Shown here: piece after piece, positions 25,952 to 35,035 of the stretch | How the letters are laid out: each line of letters opens with the position of its first letter | How positions within the stretch are numbered: position 1 is the stretch's first letter | From: Pirellulales bacterium | GTDB taxonomy: Bacteria > Planctomycetota > Planctomycetia > Pirellulales > PALSA-1355 | DNA: 64,000 nucleotides | Assembly (NCBI GenBank): GCA_963733035.1 | Contig: CAVTBU010000006.1 | Location: forward strand, 237,665 to 301,664 | Direction: 5' to 3' | Notes under the pieces: model-generated | The model's input: only the letters and a program-made list of their open reading frames with translations | What the model was told of the DNA's origin: nothing | Databases searched by the model: none | Made by a program: the position numbers and the translations under genes

Positions 25952-27762
25952 GGAAGGTAGATGCTATGGCAGCGGCGAGGGACTGCGTTAGGCTCCGAGT
26001 CACGAGGGATTGTTTTATCCGTTGTTTTGAGGAGCTCAATCATGGCCACTCGACCGCAAGACTGCAGCACAACGAAGCCAGTACTGTTCCTGGGTCTCGA
26101 ATTAGGGCAGCGAACCTGGAAGTTGGGGTTCACCGTGGGTTTGGGTCAGAAGCCGCGGCGACGTGAGATCGCTGCCGGTTGCATTCAGGCACTGAAACGA
26201 GAGATCAATGAGAGTAAGCAACGTTTTGGTCTGCCTGCGGATGTGGAGGTGATTAGCTGTTACGAGGCAGGCCGTGATGGGTTTTGGCTGCATCGTTGGC
26301 TGGTGTCTGAGAACGTCACAAACTTGGTGGTTGACTCGTCTAGCATTCAAGTGCCGCGGCGGCAGCGACGGGCCAAGACCGATCGTCTGGATTTGGAACA
26401 ATTGTTGACCATGTTGGTGCGCTGGCATCAGGGCGAGTCGAAAGTCTGGAGCGTGGTGACGGTGCCGAGTGAAGCGGAAGAGGACGTTCGGCATTTGCAT
26501 CGCGAGTTGGAAACGCTGCGGGCGGAACAGACCAGCCACATCAATCGAATCAAGAGGCTGTTGATCGGTTGCGGCGTGGTGATTGATGTGAACCGCTGGC
26601 TACCGAAACGGCTCAAAGCAATACGGCTTTGGAATGGCTCGCCGTTGACCAGCGATTTGCGGCAACGGGTATTGCGGGAGTTCGAGCGGATGCAGGTGGT
26701 CAATCGACAGGTTCGCGAGCTGGAAAAGGAGCGTGCCGCCCGGATTCGCAGCAACGAAACTGACAAGAGCGTCGCCCAGGTGCGGACGTTGTTGGGCGTG
26801 AAGGGCATCGGCGTCAACAGCGCGTGGATGTACGTGCAGGAGGTGTTTGGCTGGCGAAAGATCAAGAATCGTCGTCAATTGGGTGCGCTCGTGGGGCTGA
26901 CCGGCAGTCCGTATAGCAGCGGCAACTTGGAGCGCGATCAGGGAATTACAAAGGCTGGAAACCGCCGGATGCGAACAATGGCTGTCGAAATCGCCTGGGG
27001 ATGGTTGGCATTCCAACCCGGCAGCGATCTGAGCCGTTGGTATCACGATCGATTCGCGGCCGGAAACAAGCGTCTTCGTCGCATTGGAATTGTGGCGCTG
27101 GCAAGAAAGCTGTTGGTGGAGTTGTGGAAATACCTGGAGACCGGCGTGCCGCCTTGCAACGCGGAGCTGACCGAGTGGGAGGACAAGATTCACTACACCC
27201 CTTCCCTTACGCCGGCGTAGCGATTGGATCGGTGCGAGTATGGAGCGTCTGAACGACTGACGTCGAGACTGGAAAGCGACCGAGTATCCGGCGGGTACGA
27301 GTTAGGCTCACCGAAAGGTAGATGGGATCGCTTTCATTATGGCTTCCCGAGAGCGTCCAGGACGCATAGGGCATAGGGTGATCGGCGATGATGCCGGCAC
27401 GGATAGAAGCTAGTCGTTGGCCTCGGCCACAACGATCAGCGGAAGCCGCCAGTCATGACGTTGAACCGACAGAAGAAGTGTTTTGAGGAATGGCAGGACA
27501 AATGAATGTGCATCCCAGCACGGCTCCAGCCGCGGCGTGCGGCCAGAGCCGTCACGGAATCATTCACCCGCCCTGACCTGGCTATCCCTTGTTGGGTTGC
27601 TCTTCAGCAGAGCTCAACTCCGTTTCACCAGGCAGGCGAAAGTATATCACGACTCAACGTTGGATGAGGAGCTTGACAGGTGCGCATCCATAGAAGCCGG
27701 ATACGGTTGGCCGGGCCGCTCTGCTAAGGCGGTTCCCGCTCGTCGGGATGAGGGTTCGAATC
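25952..27762 (+). mobile_element. IS110-family insertion sequence, copy 2
   Basis: Identical to 8690-10500 apart from 1 nt. Confidence 0.75.
26042..27220 (+). CDS. IS110-family transposase (copy 2)
   Basis: One amino-acid difference from copy 1. Confidence 0.8.
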   Translation: MATRPQDCSTTKPVLFLGLELGQRTWKLGFTVGLGQKPRRREIAAGCIQALKREINESKQRFGLPADVEVISCYEAGRDGFWLHRWLVSENVTNLVVDSSSIQVPRRQRRAKTDRLDLEQLLTMLVRWHQGESKVWSVVTVPSEAEEDVRHLHRELETLRAEQTSHINRIKRLLIGCGVVIDVNRWLPKRLKAIRLWNGSPLTSDLRQRVLREFERMQVVNRQVRELEKERAARIRSNETDKSVAQVRTLLGVKGIGVNSAWMYVQEVFGWRKIKNRRQLGALVGLTGSPYSSGNLERDQGITKAGNRRMRTMAVEIAWGWLAFQPGSDLSRWYHDRFAAGNKRLRRIGIVALARKLLVELWKYLETGVPPCNAELTEWEDKIHYTPSLTPA

Positions 27763-27792
27763 CCTTGCCTTCCGCTCGTGAACGATACGTGA

Positions 27793-27865
27793 GCCTCGAT
27801 GGTGAAACGGACGATCACTCCTTGCTTCTAACAAGGCATTCCGGGTTCGAATCCTGGTCGGGGCA
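27793..27865 (+). tRNA. tRNA-Arg(TCT)
   Basis: Acceptor gcctcga/tcggggc is perfect. Stem ccttg/caagg. Loop CTTCTAA. T-stem ccggg/cctgg. Confidence 0.55.
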
Positions 27866-27891
27866 TTTTTGAGGAATACGACAATATATAT

Positions 27892-27966
27892 GGCGTCCGT
27901 GGTGTAGCGGTTTCTGCACGTCTGGCTGTGAACCAGAAGGTGGCGGTTCAACTCCGCTCGGACACC
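27892..27966 (+). tRNA. tRNA-His(GTG) with an encoded G-1
   Basis: G-1 and C73 present. Stem tctgg/ccaga. Loop CTGTGAA. Confidence 0.55.
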
Positions 27967-27983
27967 CTGAAAGGAAGTGAAGC

Positions 27984-28580
27984 ATGGTCGCAAAGGTACT
28001 TGAACATCCAACGCTGGTGCTCAACCGCAACTGGCAGCCGGTGAACGTGGCCACGGTGGCCCGGGCGCTGGTGCTGTTGTGGAACGACTCGGCTCGCGTG
28101 GTGGACCCGGCGGACTACCGGCTCTACACCTGGGCCGATTGGTCGGAGCTGCGCCCGGACGAAGGCGAGCGGTTCATCCAGGCCGTGCGGCTGCGGCTGC
28201 GCGTGCCCGAGGTGATCGTGCTGGCCGAGTACGACCGGCTGCCGACCGCCGCCGTGAGCTTCAGCCGCCGCAACGTATTCAAGCGGGACCATTGGGCCTG
28301 CCAGTACTGCGGCTGCCAGCCGGGCGGAGAGGAGTTGACGATCGATCACGTGATTCCGCGGTCGCACGGTGGCACCTCGACGTGGGAGAACTGCGTGCTC
28401 GCGTGCATCGGCTGCAACAAGCGAAAGGCCGACCGCACGCCGCACCAGGCCGGTATGCGGCTCCACAAGGTGCCGGTCCGGCCGACGTGGAAGCCGATCT
28501 ACGCCCGCGACAGCGTGCGGATCGAAAGCTGGTCGAAGTTTATCAGCGAGACGTACTGGAATGTTCCGCTGGAGAAGTAG
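27984..28580 (+). CDS. HNH endonuclease
   Basis: HWACQYCGC..DHVIPRSHGG..WENCVLACIGCN motif. Confidence 0.75.
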   Translation: MVAKVLEHPTLVLNRNWQPVNVATVARALVLLWNDSARVVDPADYRLYTWADWSELRPDEGERFIQAVRLRLRVPEVIVLAEYDRLPTAAVSFSRRNVFKRDHWACQYCGCQPGGEELTIDHVIPRSHGGTSTWENCVLACIGCNKRKADRTPHQAGMRLHKVPVRPTWKPIYARDSVRIESWSKFISETYWNVPLEK

Positions 28581-28616
28581 CCAGTTGCCCGCAGGGCTTG
28601 TTCCTGCGGGCCTTAC

Positions 28617-28686
28617 ACGAGTGTGCTCCTGGGAGAGCAGTCAGCCTCCAAAACTGACGGACGGGGTTCGACTCCTCGCGCTCGTG
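28617..28686 (+). tRNA. tRNA-Trp(CCA)
   Basis: Acceptor acgagtg/cgctcgt. Loop CTCCAAA. Confidence 0.5.
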
Positions 28687-28689
28687 CTT

Positions 28690-28763
28690 GCCGACGTGGC
28701 TCGAAACAGAAAGGCACCTGTCTTGTAAACAGGTTGATGCTGGTGCGAATCCAGTCGTCGGCT
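28690..28763 (+). tRNA. tRNA-Thr(TGT), T-loop TGCGAAT
   Basis: Acceptor gccgacg/cgtcggc is perfect. Stem cctgt/acagg. Loop CTTGTAA. Confidence 0.5.
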
Positions 28764-28774
28764 CTTAAGAGTTT

Positions 28775-29080
28775 TCAGCTTGTCGCAGGCCCGCTACGGG
28801 CGTCGTCGAGCATAGTCACTAAAGATCTTCGCAGATCAGAACCGGGCTCCTGCAACCACCGATTGTCGTAACGCGCCAAATCTGTGGCGATGTTTGCCTC
28901 GGTGAACCACTCGCCGTCGCCACGAATTAAAGCTGGGACATTGTGCAATGCGTCCAAATAGTCGTGAACCTCGTCAATTGCGATCTGCTCTCCGTAGCGT
29001 ATCCGCATCCGCAAATGCGTGATCGCTCGTTCCAGAAATACCAGATAAACGTCGGCGTCGTCTTGCGGCAGGCGGAGCAT
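28775..29080 (-). CDS. Hypothetical protein
   Basis: 101-aa ORF. Confidence 0.35.
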   Translation of the reverse strand: MLRLPQDDADVYLVFLERAITHLRMRIRYGEQIAIDEVHDYLDALHNVPALIRGDGEWFTEANIATDLARYDNRWLQEPGSDLRRSLVTMLDDARSGPATS

Positions 29081-29134
29081 GGCACATCGCAGTCACGGAT
29101 TTCGTTTGGGAGAACTGCATTCATTGTAACGCTA

Positions 29135-29206
29135 TGGCCTGTGAGTGTGTGGGATCGCACGGCAGCCTCCGAAGCTGCAAGACCAGGTTCGATTCCTGGA
29201 TGGGCT
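29135..29206 (+). tRNA. tRNA-Arg(CCG)
   Basis: Stem gcagc/gctgc. Loop CTCCGAA. T-stem ccagg/cctgg. Confidence 0.55.
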
Positions 29207-29218
29207 ACTTGAACAATG

Positions 29219-29291
29219 CGTCTCGCGGGTGTGCCGGATGAGCACGGCAGTGTTCGAAACTGCAAGACGAGGTTCGATTCCTCGGCGAGGC
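29219..29291 (+). tRNA. tRNA-Arg(TCG)
   Basis: Acceptor gtctcgc/gcgaggc. Stem gcagt/actgc. Loop GTTCGAA. T-stem cgagg/cctcg. Confidence 0.55.
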
Positions 29292-29312
29292 ACTGATAAG
29301 GCGACAGACTGA

Positions 29313-29957
29313 ATGATCATGTTGCAAACAATCCTGACAGCACTGAGACGAGCTCTGTTTAGCCAGCCTGTAGCCGGCGGGGTGACGGCGAAGCCACCGT
29401 CGGCAGAGGCCGTCGCGTGTGCGGTCGTTCATTCGACGACTTCGGTGGATCGCAGCGAAGGGAGGCTTACCATGAACGCAGCCTATGACAAACTATGCGA
29501 ACACCTGACCAACCAGCACATCGGCTTTTGGTCGCGCAGCGAGGACCTGTCGATCTGCACGGACTTTCGGGGCGAGGTCGGCACGTACCGGATCTTCGCT
29601 CGGGTTGACGCTGATGACAGCTTGTTCCAGGTCTTCGGTCACTCGCCGGTTCGCGTTCCGCCAGGCTCGCGGCCGGCGATCGCCGAGGCCGTGGCGCGGA
29701 TCAACTGCGGTCTGAAGGTCGGCAAGTTCGAGATGGATTGTGACGAGGGCGAGCTGCGGTTTCAGGCGGCCCAGATTCTGCCCGACGACGATCTCGACGA
29801 GCAGACGATTCAGCGTCTGATTGGTACGACCATGTCGATGTTGAACATTTACCTCCCGGCCGTCCTGTCGGTCATCTACGGCAACGAACTGCCGAAGGAT
29901 GCCGTCAGGCACGCAGAGCCCGGGCGGCAGCTGTCCGACGAAAACGAGCCGCGGTGA
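29313..29957 (+). CDS. YbjN-like protein, copy 2
   Basis: 214 aa, paralog of 12794..13444. Confidence 0.45.
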   Translation: MIMLQTILTALRRALFSQPVAGGVTAKPPSAEAVACAVVHSTTSVDRSEGRLTMNAAYDKLCEHLTNQHIGFWSRSEDLSICTDFRGEVGTYRIFARVDADDSLFQVFGHSPVRVPPGSRPAIAEAVARINCGLKVGKFEMDCDEGELRFQAAQILPDDDLDEQTIQRLIGTTMSMLNIYLPAVLSVIYGNELPKDAVRHAEPGRQLSDENEPR

Positions 29958-29977
29958 GGCCTGATCACCGCGCATTT

Positions 29978-30050
29978 GTCCTCGGAGTGTGCCGGATTCG
30001 CATCCGACCCTGCGAAGGTCGAGGACCAGGTTCAATTCCTGGCGGGGACA
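29978..30050 (+). tRNA. tRNA with anticodon GCG, copy 2
   Basis: Near-identical to 13458-13530. Confidence 0.5.
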
Positions 30051-30083
30051 TTGAGGAACATTTAGAACTAAGCGAAGTGGTCA

Positions 30084-30743
30084 GTGGCACGCACAATCGG
30101 AAGCATCACGATGACTGAACTTGAACACCTTTCATTTGAGCAACTGTTGGACGGGTGCGAAAAGGGACTCAAAAACGCGCAGTCACTGGCCGCTGAGGCA
30201 GGGCTCCTCTACGAACATAAGTACTTTGCACGGACGTACGCTCTTAGTCACCTAGCAAGAGAAGAACTCGGCAAAGTCATGATGCTATATCACGCCGCCA
30301 TCGACGTCCTCGTTGGTGCGACCGTTGACTGGAAGAAGCTGAGCCGACGGTTCCGAAATCACCAAGAGAAGATCATAAACGATCAAATGTTCCAATCGCA
30401 CACGATGGATCTCTTGAAGGCAGCTGAATTGCTAACGGAGCAAGAGCAGGGTCAATTGGCGGCAGCGCAGCATCTCCAATTCACGAAACAGGCGATCGCG
30501 TATCGTAATCGCAGAAAAAACGCGTCCCTCTACGTGTCCTGGGAGGATCTTGCCTTTCAGATGCCCTCTGAGGTATTCACCGAGCAACAAGCGTATCGAA
30601 TCTGGATGATTGCCAAATTTGCATGCGACGACTTCACTCGGATAGTTGAGTCACTTAGAAAATGGGGTGCCCTGGAGCGAGAGCAGTTACTCGGAGTCTG
30701 GAAGCCTGTCATCGAACAGATACAAAGCCTCCTGAAGGAATAA
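30084..30743 (+). CDS. Hypothetical protein
   Basis: 219-aa ORF. This slot is occupied by a different gene in the other duplicate region. Confidence 0.45.
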   Translation: MARTIGSITMTELEHLSFEQLLDGCEKGLKNAQSLAAEAGLLYEHKYFARTYALSHLAREELGKVMMLYHAAIDVLVGATVDWKKLSRRFRNHQEKIINDQMFQSHTMDLLKAAELLTEQEQGQLAAAQHLQFTKQAIAYRNRRKNASLYVSWEDLAFQMPSEVFTEQQAYRIWMIAKFACDDFTRIVESLRKWGALEREQLLGVWKPVIEQIQSLLKE

Positions 30744-30747
30744 CAGC

Positions 30748-30819
30748 GACGCTGAAGCCAGACGGCATGGCGACTGCCTGCAAAGCAGTTTTTAGCGGGT
30801 TCGACTCCCGCCGGCGTCT
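30748..30819 (+). tRNA. tRNA-Cys(GCA), copy 2
   Basis: Paralog of 14087-14158. Confidence 0.6.
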
Positions 30820-30964
30820 TTGAAGCGAAATCAGAAAGGAGATTGAAGCGAGGTTGATTCGGCCAGTTCCAGCGGCGCACGGCGGCTCGTCCTTGATGAG
30901 AGGCGATTGCTGCACGTGTGTTCCGCGAATGGGTTCTGCAGAAAGCTGCGTCTACCGTAACCAA

Positions 30965-31038
30965 CAGATGGTTAGCTCAGTGGGTAGAGCACCAGACTTT
31001 GCATCTGGCTGTCACGGGTTCGACTCCCGTACCAAACG
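30965..31038 (+). pseudogene. tRNA-Ala(TGC)-like pseudogene, copy 2
   Basis: Same as 14303-14376. Confidence 0.4.
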
Positions 31039-31444
31039 CGGCTAAAAACCGCTCCGGCGCGAAAGCGTTACCAAACGCCCGCGGGGGCGGGCAAGCGTAG
31101 GTCTGCCGCTGGCACAGCGTTGAAAGACGCGGGCCCGTGCGGCGCAAGCGTCGCAACGTGCCACGTGCCAGTGGCAAACACAAGACGGTGCCCTGCAGTG
31201 CGCAGATACCGCTTGTGCGAGTCCTTGGCAACGACAAACCGACGCCGATGGCAAAGCGCGAGCCATGCTCAAGCAACGCCCTCGGCAAAGCGAAATCAAC
31301 GCCTTGGATAGCACAGGCTCAAGCGCACTCCGCATACGGATGTGGGACCGACGTTTCGCTTCGCCCCCAACGGCATTTTATTTGTGAACTAACTCGGTGG
31401 CTCGAACGTCCTATCAGTTCATGTACCGAGAGGAGGCAATTCCA

Positions 31445-32557
31445 ATGAACATCTTCATCATCAAGACAATCAAGATCCGCAGCTACGAAATGGGTCTGTA
31501 CTTCCGCGACCGCGAGTTCAAGGGCTTGCTCGGCGAAGGTCGCCACTGGTTCATAGACCCGCTGGGCAAGGTCAATGTTGAAGTCGTCTCGCGGCGTGCG
31601 CCGTGGCTCGCGCACGAGAAGCTCGACGTGATCTCGCGCTCGGGTGCGCTCAAGGACCGCGCGGTGGTGTTGGACCTGAAGGACTACGAACGGGCTCTGG
31701 TCTGGATCGAGGGTCGCTTCAGCCACATCCTGCCGCCGGGCCTGTACGCCTACTGGACGGCGCTGCGTGACGTAAAGGTCGAGGTGGTCGATGCGCGGCA
31801 TGTGCGCTTCGAGCACCCGGACCTGAAAGTCATCGTGCAGTCGCCGCTGGTCGAGCGCGTGCTGGAGCTGGCCACCGTGCAGGCGCACCACGTGGGCGTG
31901 CTGTTCATCGACGGCGACTTCGTTGAGACGTTGCCGCCGGGCCGCTACGCCTTCTGGAAGAACATGGCCCAGGTCAAGTTCGTCGAGGAGGATATGCGGG
32001 AGGCGATGTTCGACGTGGCCGGCCAGGACATTATGACGGCCGATAAGGTGACGCTGCGGATGAACGCGGTCGTCACGTATCGCGTCGCCGATGCCCGGAC
32101 GGCTGTGAGCACGGTGGACGACGTGCGGCAGGCCTTGTACCGCGAGGCCCAATTGGCGCTGCGTGCCGTGGTGGGTGCCCGCGAGCTCGACACGTTCTTG
32201 ATGGAGAAGGACGGCGTGGCGAGCGAGTTGGCCGACATGGTGCGTGCGCGTGCCAAGACCTTGGGCGTGGAGCTGATTGCCGTGGGTATCCGCGACATCA
32301 TCCTGCCGGGCGAAATGAAGGATCTGATGAACCGCGTCACGGAGGCCAAGAAGGCCGCCGAGGCCAACCTCATCGCTCGCCGCGAGGAAACGGCCGCCAT
32401 GCGCAGCCAAGTCAACACCGCCAAGCTGCTAGCCGACAACCCGACCCTGATGCGCCTCCGCGAGCTGGAGGTCCTGGAAAAGGTTGCCGCCAACTCGAAG
32501 CTCAACATTGTGTTGGGCGAAAAGCGGTTGACCGAGCGGATCGTCAATGTGCTGTAG
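31445..32557 (+). CDS. SPFH/Band-7 (stomatin/prohibitin-like) domain protein with an ~200-aa N-terminal domain of unknown function
   Basis: C-terminal half QDIMTADKVTLRMNAVVTYRV..LRAVVGARELD..GVELIAVGIRDI..AEA fits the SPFH domain. Confidence 0.7.
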   Translation: MNIFIIKTIKIRSYEMGLYFRDREFKGLLGEGRHWFIDPLGKVNVEVVSRRAPWLAHEKLDVISRSGALKDRAVVLDLKDYERALVWIEGRFSHILPPGLYAYWTALRDVKVEVVDARHVRFEHPDLKVIVQSPLVERVLELATVQAHHVGVLFIDGDFVETLPPGRYAFWKNMAQVKFVEEDMREAMFDVAGQDIMTADKVTLRMNAVVTYRVADARTAVSTVDDVRQALYREAQLALRAVVGARELDTFLMEKDGVASELADMVRARAKTLGVELIAVGIRDIILPGEMKDLMNRVTEAKKAAEANLIARREETAAMRSQVNTAKLLADNPTLMRLRELEVLEKVAANSKLNIVLGEKRLTERIVNVL

Positions 32558-32631
32558 CAAGAAGCCCCGAGGGCTGGACGCGAGTCCCGCCCTCGGGATT
32601 ATTCTATTGAGCAAGCGGATCCTCGGCAGCC

Positions 32632-33608
32632 TCAAACACCGAAGATCGGCAATTGCAGCTTCTCTTGCAGCTCTGCCCGCACTTTCCCGCCTAGCAGGAA
32701 CCGGACGAAATCGCCGGCTTCAAGCAACCGGATATCAGCCGCATCCGCTTCCCGCCGCGCCTCGTCGGTGAAGCCGAACACTGACACAAAGCAAAACCGG
32801 CCGATGCCCAGCCTTTCGAAATCGTGCTCAATCTCCGCCCAGCCGACCGGCTGGTTTTGGTACCGCTTTACTTGCACCCGCCACACCTCCTCGCCCAGCT
32901 CGCCGTGATCGAACCGCGCTTCGACATCGATGATGGGCTGATTCTTGCCCACCCGCCGTTCATCCACCACCGCGCCTTGCGCTTCAAGTAGTCGACGACG
33001 AGCCACTCCCAATCCTTGTCGTTGAGCGCCTCCGAGCGCCGGATGATGAGCGTTTGCAGCCGATGGTAGGCATCCTGCACGTCCTTGTCCGGCGCGGCGA
33101 TAAGGTTCGGCGACTGGCCGCGCACGATTTGATCGACAATGTCGAACGCCTCGGCGATTTCCCAGAACGACATCCTCGGCCCGAGCAAGCTGCCCTTGAG
33201 CCGCCCGTAGAAATCGAGAATCTTGATCGCAGGCACCGGGTACTCGACGCGGCGGTAGTGCCAGATATCGGTCTGGTCCTCAAGCTCGAAATCACGATAC
33301 AGCGAGTCAGACGCGACGCGGCAGATTTGCACGCATTTCCCAATCGGGTTGTAGTAGAGAATGTAGTCGCCCGCCGCGCATTCGCGTCCGAAGCGGAATA
33401 GCTGTCCGGTGCCTACCCCTACCTCGCGGTCTTGCTTGTAGAACGCGCACACGCTTTTCACATGCGACCACAACTCGTCACGCGTTCCGCTCGCAAGCAG
33501 CTTCGGATCAACGTCCTGCCAGCCGACGCCGACGATGCCGTGCCGCCGGCAGAACTCAACGCAAATCCCGCCCGAACCGAGCTTGATTCCCCACACCCGC
33601 TGGCCCAT
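32632..33608 (-). pseudogene. Mrr-like (Type IV) restriction endonuclease, frameshifted (246-aa N-terminal ORF plus 126-aa Mrr_cat ORF overlapping in 32868-33012)
   Basis: C-terminal PIIDVEARFDHGELGEEVWRVQVKRYQ catalytic region. Two overlapping frames. Confidence 0.5.
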
Positions 33609-33767
33609 GTCTCATCCCCAAAAAAGCTTCCCGAATACCACATCACCCGCCTTTCCACAACCGCCTGGGTTTTCGCGATGTCCGCCCGCACTGTTTCGTT
33701 CAACGCCAGGCCGCGGGCGACTATACTTGTACCACACTCGCGCCATCACGAATCGCTCGTTAGTGAC

Positions 33768-34259
33768 ATGACGAAAATCGAACTGTACCTCCTGAACCTT
33801 GCGGGCGAATATCGCGTTTGCAGCGAGCTCAATAAGCGCGGCGTGTTCGCCACCATCACGTATGGCAACCGCAAGGGCGTCGATATCTACGCCATCAGCG
33901 ATGCAAAGAATCGCGCACTGAAGATCGAGGTTAAAACAAGCCAGCACGGCCGCTTCGTCACCGGCATCTCCCAGAAATGCCTGGAGGACAGCCCGCACGC
34001 CCCGGATTTCTGGGTCTTGTGCGACATCAAGGCGGGCGACACTGACGCATTCACCGAGCGGTTCTTCATCCTATCCCACCGCACCATCTGCCGCATCCAG
34101 AAGGCGCGCAACCAGAAATACGCCGACAAGTACACTGCCAAGCACGGTAAGGCCCCCGACCTCGCCGGCGGCGTCGACAACGTAATGATCGCCGACGTGG
34201 AGAAGTTTGAGGACAAGTGGTCGAGCATTGTCAAGCGAGTCAGGAAGCCTATCACCTGA
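33768..34259 (+). CDS. PD-(D/E)xK nuclease-fold protein
   Basis: VDIYAI..KIEVKTS motif. 163 aa from MTKIELY. Confidence 0.45.
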   Translation: MTKIELYLLNLAGEYRVCSELNKRGVFATITYGNRKGVDIYAISDAKNRALKIEVKTSQHGRFVTGISQKCLEDSPHAPDFWVLCDIKAGDTDAFTERFFILSHRTICRIQKARNQKYADKYTAKHGKAPDLAGGVDNVMIADVEKFEDKWSSIVKRVRKPIT

Positions 34260-34297
34260 CCGCGGCGAGCCAATCAAGATAGGTATCGCGAATTAGG

Positions 34298-35035
34298 TCA
34301 CTCAGCCTCTTTGCCAAGGAGTTTTTTTACGAGTGCAACCGAACCATCGAGGAAAGCAAGTCGATCCTCGATGGCGATTCGTGCCAATGGGCCCGGCGAA
34401 GCGAGAATCTCGTCAATATAGAACAATCGCACTGGACGCTCGAATATTTCGCTAAGCCTCACTTCAATTTGAGTATGTTCGTCAGAGCGACTCCACAGAA
34501 CGAGATAACTCTCTGCCACAGGTTCCCCGCGAACTACAGACAGTAGCAGGAATAGACCGTCGCGACCGCTAACAAAGTATCGGTCCACATCCTTCCAAGT
34601 AACCGGCCCACTGAAGCCGCCCCAACTCTTGCATTCACCCGAAATCAAACCGTCCGGTGAGCGCAGCAACAAGTCGAGCTGTACACGGCCGCCCGTGGTT
34701 TGGCACTTTCGCGTCAACTCTTTAATGCCCCACGAACGAAGCGGCTCAGGCAAGCAGGGAAAAGTGCCGCTTGTGGCCAGTCGTTCGCCCGATGGAATCA
34801 GTTCGTGTCCCTTGATGGAACGTTCGGCGACGGAGGAGAGTCCGTGATCTTCAAACCACGCTCGCACGACAGGCTCGTAAAACCCCTGGTATCCGAGTAT
34901 CCAATACGCAAATGCCCGCGTCTTGGGGTTCGTTTCCATCAATGTTTGTGCGCTTGTAGCACCACCTGCAACGGGCGCTGTCGACAGCGGCTCGTTTCCA
35001 ACCGATGCAGTTGCCTGCGCAACCTCAATCGGCAA
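34298..35035 (-). CDS. PD-(D/E)xK nuclease-fold protein, co-transcribed partner of the Lon-like protease
   Basis: PDGLISGECK motif. 11-nt overlap with the upstream gene. Confidence 0.45.
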   Translation of the reverse strand: MPIEVAQATASVGNEPLSTAPVAGGATSAQTLMETNPKTRAFAYWILGYQGFYEPVVRAWFEDHGLSSVAERSIKGHELIPSGERLATSGTFPCLPEPLRSWGIKELTRKCQTTGGRVQLDLLLRSPDGLISGECKSWGGFSGPVTWKDVDRYFVSGRDGLFLLLSVVRGEPVAESYLVLWSRSDEHTQIEVRLSEIFERPVRLFYIDEILASPGPLARIAIEDRLAFLDGSVALVKKLLGKEAE